From Synechococcus elongatus PCC 6301 (lineage in GTDB: Bacteria > Cyanobacteriota > Cyanobacteriia > Synechococcales > Synechococcaceae), in contig NC_006576.1 in the NCBI RefSeq assembly GCF_000010065.1, positions 2,400,001 to 2,432,000 of the forward strand: 32,000 bases of DNA. Reading direction: 5' to 3'. Below, in pieces: positions 28,608 through 32,000 of this stretch (within the stretch, counting starts at the first letter, position 1; the number at the start of each line of letters is the position of its first letter). Both the position numbers and the translations under genes were made by a program. The notes below the pieces were generated by a model. That model had not been told where the DNA came from, did no database searches, and saw nothing but the letters and a program-made list of their open reading frames with translations.

Positions 28608-29835
28608 GTCGCTTGAATCCTTAGCCAGGCTCGCTCACTGGCGCCATGAACTACGGACTCCCATCAACGCCATTTTGGGCTACAGCCAACTGCTGCTGGA
28701 GGATTGGGCAGGCACCGCGATTGCTACAGACCTAGAGCGGATCGAATCAGCTGGGCAGGAGTTACTGCGGCTCGTCAATGAAATTTTGGATCCTCACAGC
28801 AGCGATCGCGGTCTAAGCCTCGACACCTACCAGGCCCGTCTGCGCTACGCCCTGCGGACGCCGGTCAACACTGTTTGCGGTTATGTCGAGCTGCTGCTCG
28901 AGGAAGACTCGCCCGAACTGGCCGAGAGCCGAGTTGACTTAGAGCGGATTAGCGCAGCGGGCGAGCGTTTGCTAGAACAACTCGAGGCCATGGCAGCTTG
29001 GGATCAGCCGGCGAGCCAAGCTTCGGCTGTGGCGCTGTCAGAGATGGAGGTGGAGGTTGCCGAATCGGTGCTCCGCTATCGCCAAGCAGCGGTGTCAGCG
29101 TCGGCAGTCACGGGCGGTCGACTGTTGGTTGCCGAGGACAACGAGATCAACCGTGATGTCTTGGAGCGTCGTCTGCGTCGTCTTGGGCATGACGTCGTCT
29201 GTGTTGCTTCGGGGCAAGAAGCTCTGAATCAATTAGCGCAACAGCCCTTCGATTTGCTGTTCCTCGATCTGATGATGCCGGGACTGACCGGTTTTGAGGT
29301 GCTGCAGCAGCTCAAGGCAGATCCCACCTTAGCTGAGCTGCCTGTGCTGATGATTTCGGCGCTGGATGACCTTGAGAGTGTGATTCGCTGTCTGCGCTTG
29401 GGTGCGACTGACTATCTGACCAAACCGTTTGAACCAACGCTGTTACAAACGCGTTTGGAGACTTGCCTCCAGCACAAACGTCTGCGCGATCGCGAGTTGG
29501 ACTACTTGCGTAATGTTGCGATTGTCACGGATGCGGCGGTGGCCGTGGAGGCGGGTGACTACGATCGCGATCGCCTCCAGACGGTGGCAGAGCGCAGCGA
29601 CGCACTGGGGCAGTTGGCACGCATGTTTCGCCAGATGACCCGCTCGGTAGAACAGCGAGAAACCCAGCTCAAGCAGACAATTCGGCGTTTAGAGCTGCAG
29701 ATCGACACCGCTACCGTCAAAAGCCAAGTCAAGGAGATCACGGAGTCGGATTATTTCCGTGACCTTGAGAGCCGTGCCCGCCAAATTCGCCGCGATCGCA
29801 GCTATCGTTCTTCGCCCCCTGACCGCCATGCCTAA
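28600..29835 (+). CDS. HisKA-like/receiver protein without an ATPase domain, with C-terminal coiled-coil 'EITES..F' module
   Basis: [67 protein letters not shown]...[21 protein letters not shown]...TKPFEP. GTG at 28600 probable start, overlapping the previous stop by 8 nt. Confidence 0.88.
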   Translation: MSESLESLARLAHWRHELRTPINAILGYSQLLLEDWAGTAIATDLERIESAGQELLRLVNEILDPHSSDRGLSLDTYQARLRYALRTPVNTVCGYVELLLEEDSPELAESRVDLERISAAGERLLEQLEAMAAWDQPASQASAVALSEMEVEVAESVLRYRQAAVSASAVTGGRLLVAEDNEINRDVLERRLRRLGHDVVCVASGQEALNQLAQQPFDLLFLDLMMPGLTGFEVLQQLKADPTLAELPVLMISALDDLESVIRCLRLGATDYLTKPFEPTLLQTRLETCLQHKRLRDRELDYLRNVAIVTDAAVAVEAGDYDRDRLQTVAERSDALGQLARMFRQMTRSVEQRETQLKQTIRRLELQIDTATVKSQVKEITESDYFRDLESRARQIRRDRSYRSSPPDRHA

Positions 29836-30574
29836 TCCCAACGCCTTGGCGGAACTGCAAGCACTGGAGCTGTTACAAACTTGTACCCCGGCTGAACTAG
29901 CAGATCTGGCCCATTGCCTGCAACCCCAGACACTCCAAGCGCAAGAAGCTCTATTCCACTGTGGCGATCCAGCAGCAGCGCTCTACTGGATTCGCTCAGG
30001 ACGGGTGGGCGTTTTTGTCGCCGATGGTAGCAACAACCAGCATGAGTCGTTGCTGCGCGTGCTGGGGGCCGGTGCTCTGCTGGGAGAGATGGCCCTGATC
30101 GATGGGCAACCACGATCGGCGACTTGTCGGGCCTTGGAACCGACGCAACTTTACGCGGTCACTAGCCAAGATTTTCAGCAGTTGCTAACGCGATCGCCCC
30201 AGTTTGTGCAGGCCTTGTTGGCAACCCTGAGCCAGCGGTTGCGCTATACCAATCAGTTCCTGAGTGAAGTGGGGGCGGGCGTGCAGCAGTTGGCAAGCGG
30301 CCAGTATGCCCCCCTAGCGCAACTGCAAAGTCCAGATCACTCCCTTGAACATCTGGCAACGGCTTTTGCCCAGATGGCTCTGAGGGCGCAGCAGCGGGAA
30401 GTGGCTCTGCAGGAACGGATTCGGCGTTTGGAATTAGAAGTCGATGCTTGTCGCCTCCAACAGTCTGTGGCAGAAATCACCGAGTCAGAGTTCTTCGTGC
30501 ATCTCCAACAGCGGGCGCAGCAAATTCGGCGCAATCGCCACAAATCCTTGCCGCCCCAAGCCGATTCTGAATAA
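29828..30574 (+). CDS. Cyclic nucleotide-binding domain protein with the same C-terminal 'EITES..F' module
   Basis: ALFHCGDPAAALYWIRSGRVGVFVADG...GALLGEMALIDGQPRSATCRALEPTQLYAV (cNMP phosphate-binding cassette); C-terminal IRRLELEVDACRLQQSVAEITESEFFVHLQQRAQQIRRNR. ATG 29828 overlaps the upstream stop by 8 nt. Confidence 0.88.
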   Translation: MPNPNALAELQALELLQTCTPAELADLAHCLQPQTLQAQEALFHCGDPAAALYWIRSGRVGVFVADGSNNQHESLLRVLGAGALLGEMALIDGQPRSATCRALEPTQLYAVTSQDFQQLLTRSPQFVQALLATLSQRLRYTNQFLSEVGAGVQQLASGQYAPLAQLQSPDHSLEHLATAFAQMALRAQQREVALQERIRRLELEVDACRLQQSVAEITESEFFVHLQQRAQQIRRNRHKSLPPQADSE

Positions 30575-30700
30575 GGCGATCGCAGTTCACTACTCGCTAC
30601 TGCAACAACAGAGCGGACGGAAATCCGAACTTTTCCCGACCTGCGCGGCTAGTGCAGGCTCTCCTATGATCAAGCCGTCCTGTCACTCTTTAGTTTGGGT

Positions 30701-32000
30701 ATGGCGATTCTAGAGCAAGGCAATATCACGATTCATACCGATAACATTTTCCCGATTATCAAAAAGTCGCTCTACTCAGAGCATGAAATCTTTTTGCGGG
30801 AACTGATTTCTAATGCAGTGGATGCCATTCAAAAGCTGAAGATGGTGTCCTATGCCGGTGAATTAGAGGGTGAAATCGGTGACCCCCAAATCACACTGAG
30901 TATCGATCGCGATCGCAAACAACTCAAAATTGCCGATAACGGTATTGGGATGACAGCCGATGAGATTAAGCGTTATATCAATCAAGTTGCCTTTTCAAGT
31001 GCAGAGGACTTTATTGAAAAATATAAAGGCGGAGCTGATCAGCCTATCATTGGTCACTTTGGTCTAGGCTTCTACTCAGCTTTTATTGTTGCTGATCGGG
31101 TGGAAATTGAAACCCTCTCCTATCAAAAAGGAGCGACACCTGTTCATTGGACTTGTGATGGATCTCCAAGCTTTGAACTGTCAGAGGGGAGCCGTACGGA
31201 GCGAGGAACAACGATTATTCTTAATCTTAGTGAGGAGGAGTTAGAGTACTTAGAACCTGCTCGTATTCGTCAGCTTGTTAAGACCTATTGTGACTTCATG
31301 CCCGTTCCGATCGCTTTAGAGGGAGAAGTCTTAAACAAGCAAAAAGCAATTTGGCGAGAATCAGCTGGCAATCTCAAAGAAGAAGACTACCAAGAGTTTT
31401 ATCGCTACCTGTATCCATTTCAAGATGAACCATTGTTATGGGTTCATCTCAACACAGATTACCCCTATCAAGTGAATGGTGTTCTCTATTTCCCGAAATT
31501 GCGGCCCGATATTGATCTAACTCAAGGACAAATTAAACTATTCTGCAATCAAGTCTTTGTCAGCGATCACTGTGAAGAAGTTGTGCCGCGTTTTCTCTTG
31601 CCGATGCGAGGGGTGATCGATAGTCCTGATATTCCTCTCAATGTGTCGCGCAGTGCGCTGCAAGCCGATCGCAAGGTGCGGAGTATTGCTGGCTTCATCG
31701 CCAAGAAAGTGGGCGATCGCCTCAAAGAACTCTATCGCTCGCAACGCGACCAATATCTCAATATTTGGTCAGATCTCAGCACCTTTGTGAAGTTTGGCTG
31801 TCTCAATGATCAAAAATTCAGAGAACAGGTCAAAGAGATTCTCGTTTTTCGGAGTAGTGCTGAGCTCAGCGAGGCGACCAGTAGCGATCGTGGTCAAGAT
31901 AGCCAAGGTAATTGGTACACTACTCTGCAGGCCTACCTCGAACGCAACCAGGAAAAACACGAAAATCGTGTCTATTACTGTACGGATGCTGCTAGCCAAG
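30701..32000 (+). CDS. htpG: Molecular chaperone HtpG (Hsp90), 5' part; continues beyond window end
   Basis: Manual translation from ATG 30701: MAILEQGNITIHTDNIFPIIKKSLYSEHEIFLRELISNAVDAIQKLKMVSY..., IADNGIGMTADEIKRYINQVAFSSAEDF, HFGLGFYSAFI. Confidence 0.96.
   Translation, partial: MAILEQGNITIHTDNIFPIIKKSLYSEHEIFLRELISNAVDAIQKLKMVSYAGELEGEIGDPQITLSIDRDRKQLKIADNGIGMTADEIKRYINQVAFSSAEDFIEKYKGGADQPIIGHFGLGFYSAFIVADRVEIETLSYQKGATPVHWTCDGSPSFELSEGSRTERGTTIILNLSEEELEYLEPARIRQLVKTYCDFMPVPIALEGEVLNKQKAIWRESAGNLKEEDYQEFYRYLYPFQDEPLLWVHLNTDYPYQVNGVLYFPKLRPDIDLTQGQIKLFCNQVFVSDHCEEVVPRFLLPMRGVIDSPDIPLNVSRSALQADRKVRSIAGFIAKKVGDRLKELYRSQRDQYLNIWSDLSTFVKFGCLNDQKFREQVKEILVFRSSAELSEATSSDRGQDSQGNWYTTLQAYLERNQEKHENRVYYCTDAASQ

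Noticed and set aside
1-32000. CRISPR arrays, prophage, tRNA or rRNA genes
   Set aside because: No regularly spaced repeat-spacer pattern, phage genes, tRNA cloverleaf or rRNA sequence was recognised; HIP1 copies are dispersed and not an array.

Overview
The window reads as ordinary chromosome from a Synechococcus elongatus-type cyanobacterium (PCC 7942/6301 lineage). That assignment comes from recognising protein sequences and gene order, plus the density of HIP1 octamers (GCGATCGC); no search was run. Main contents: 5' part of a group 2 sigma factor gene (minus), asd, dapA, ribonuclease J, queF, a DUF362-like gene whose 3' end abuts a tnpB-only IS200/IS605-type element, murF, a secreted pentapeptide protein, an alpha/beta hydrolase, chlB, a DUF2605/DUF2973-like pair, a rhomboid protease, mcdA-mcdB (carboxysome positioning), a CAAD/CurT-like membrane protein, guaB3, the small RNA Yfr1, trxA, hisA, pgsA, CBS and HEAT proteins, a Bax inhibitor-1-like protein, a four-gene signalling cluster and the 5' part of htpG. 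The most notable items are: (1) the McdA/McdB system, with a ParA-type Walker A lacking the signature lysine and a Q-rich McdB ending in tryptophan; (2) yfr1 in the guaB3-trxA gap; (3) the solo TnpB element with a candidate omegaRNA/guide and a reconstructable empty site; (4) the signalling cluster, where two different proteins share a C-terminal motif and a degenerate duplicated HisKA-like protein has no ATPase domain. McdAB and Yfr1 are known systems. I found no convincing evidence of a wholly undescribed system; the shared C-terminal signalling module and the TnpB locus are the best leads.
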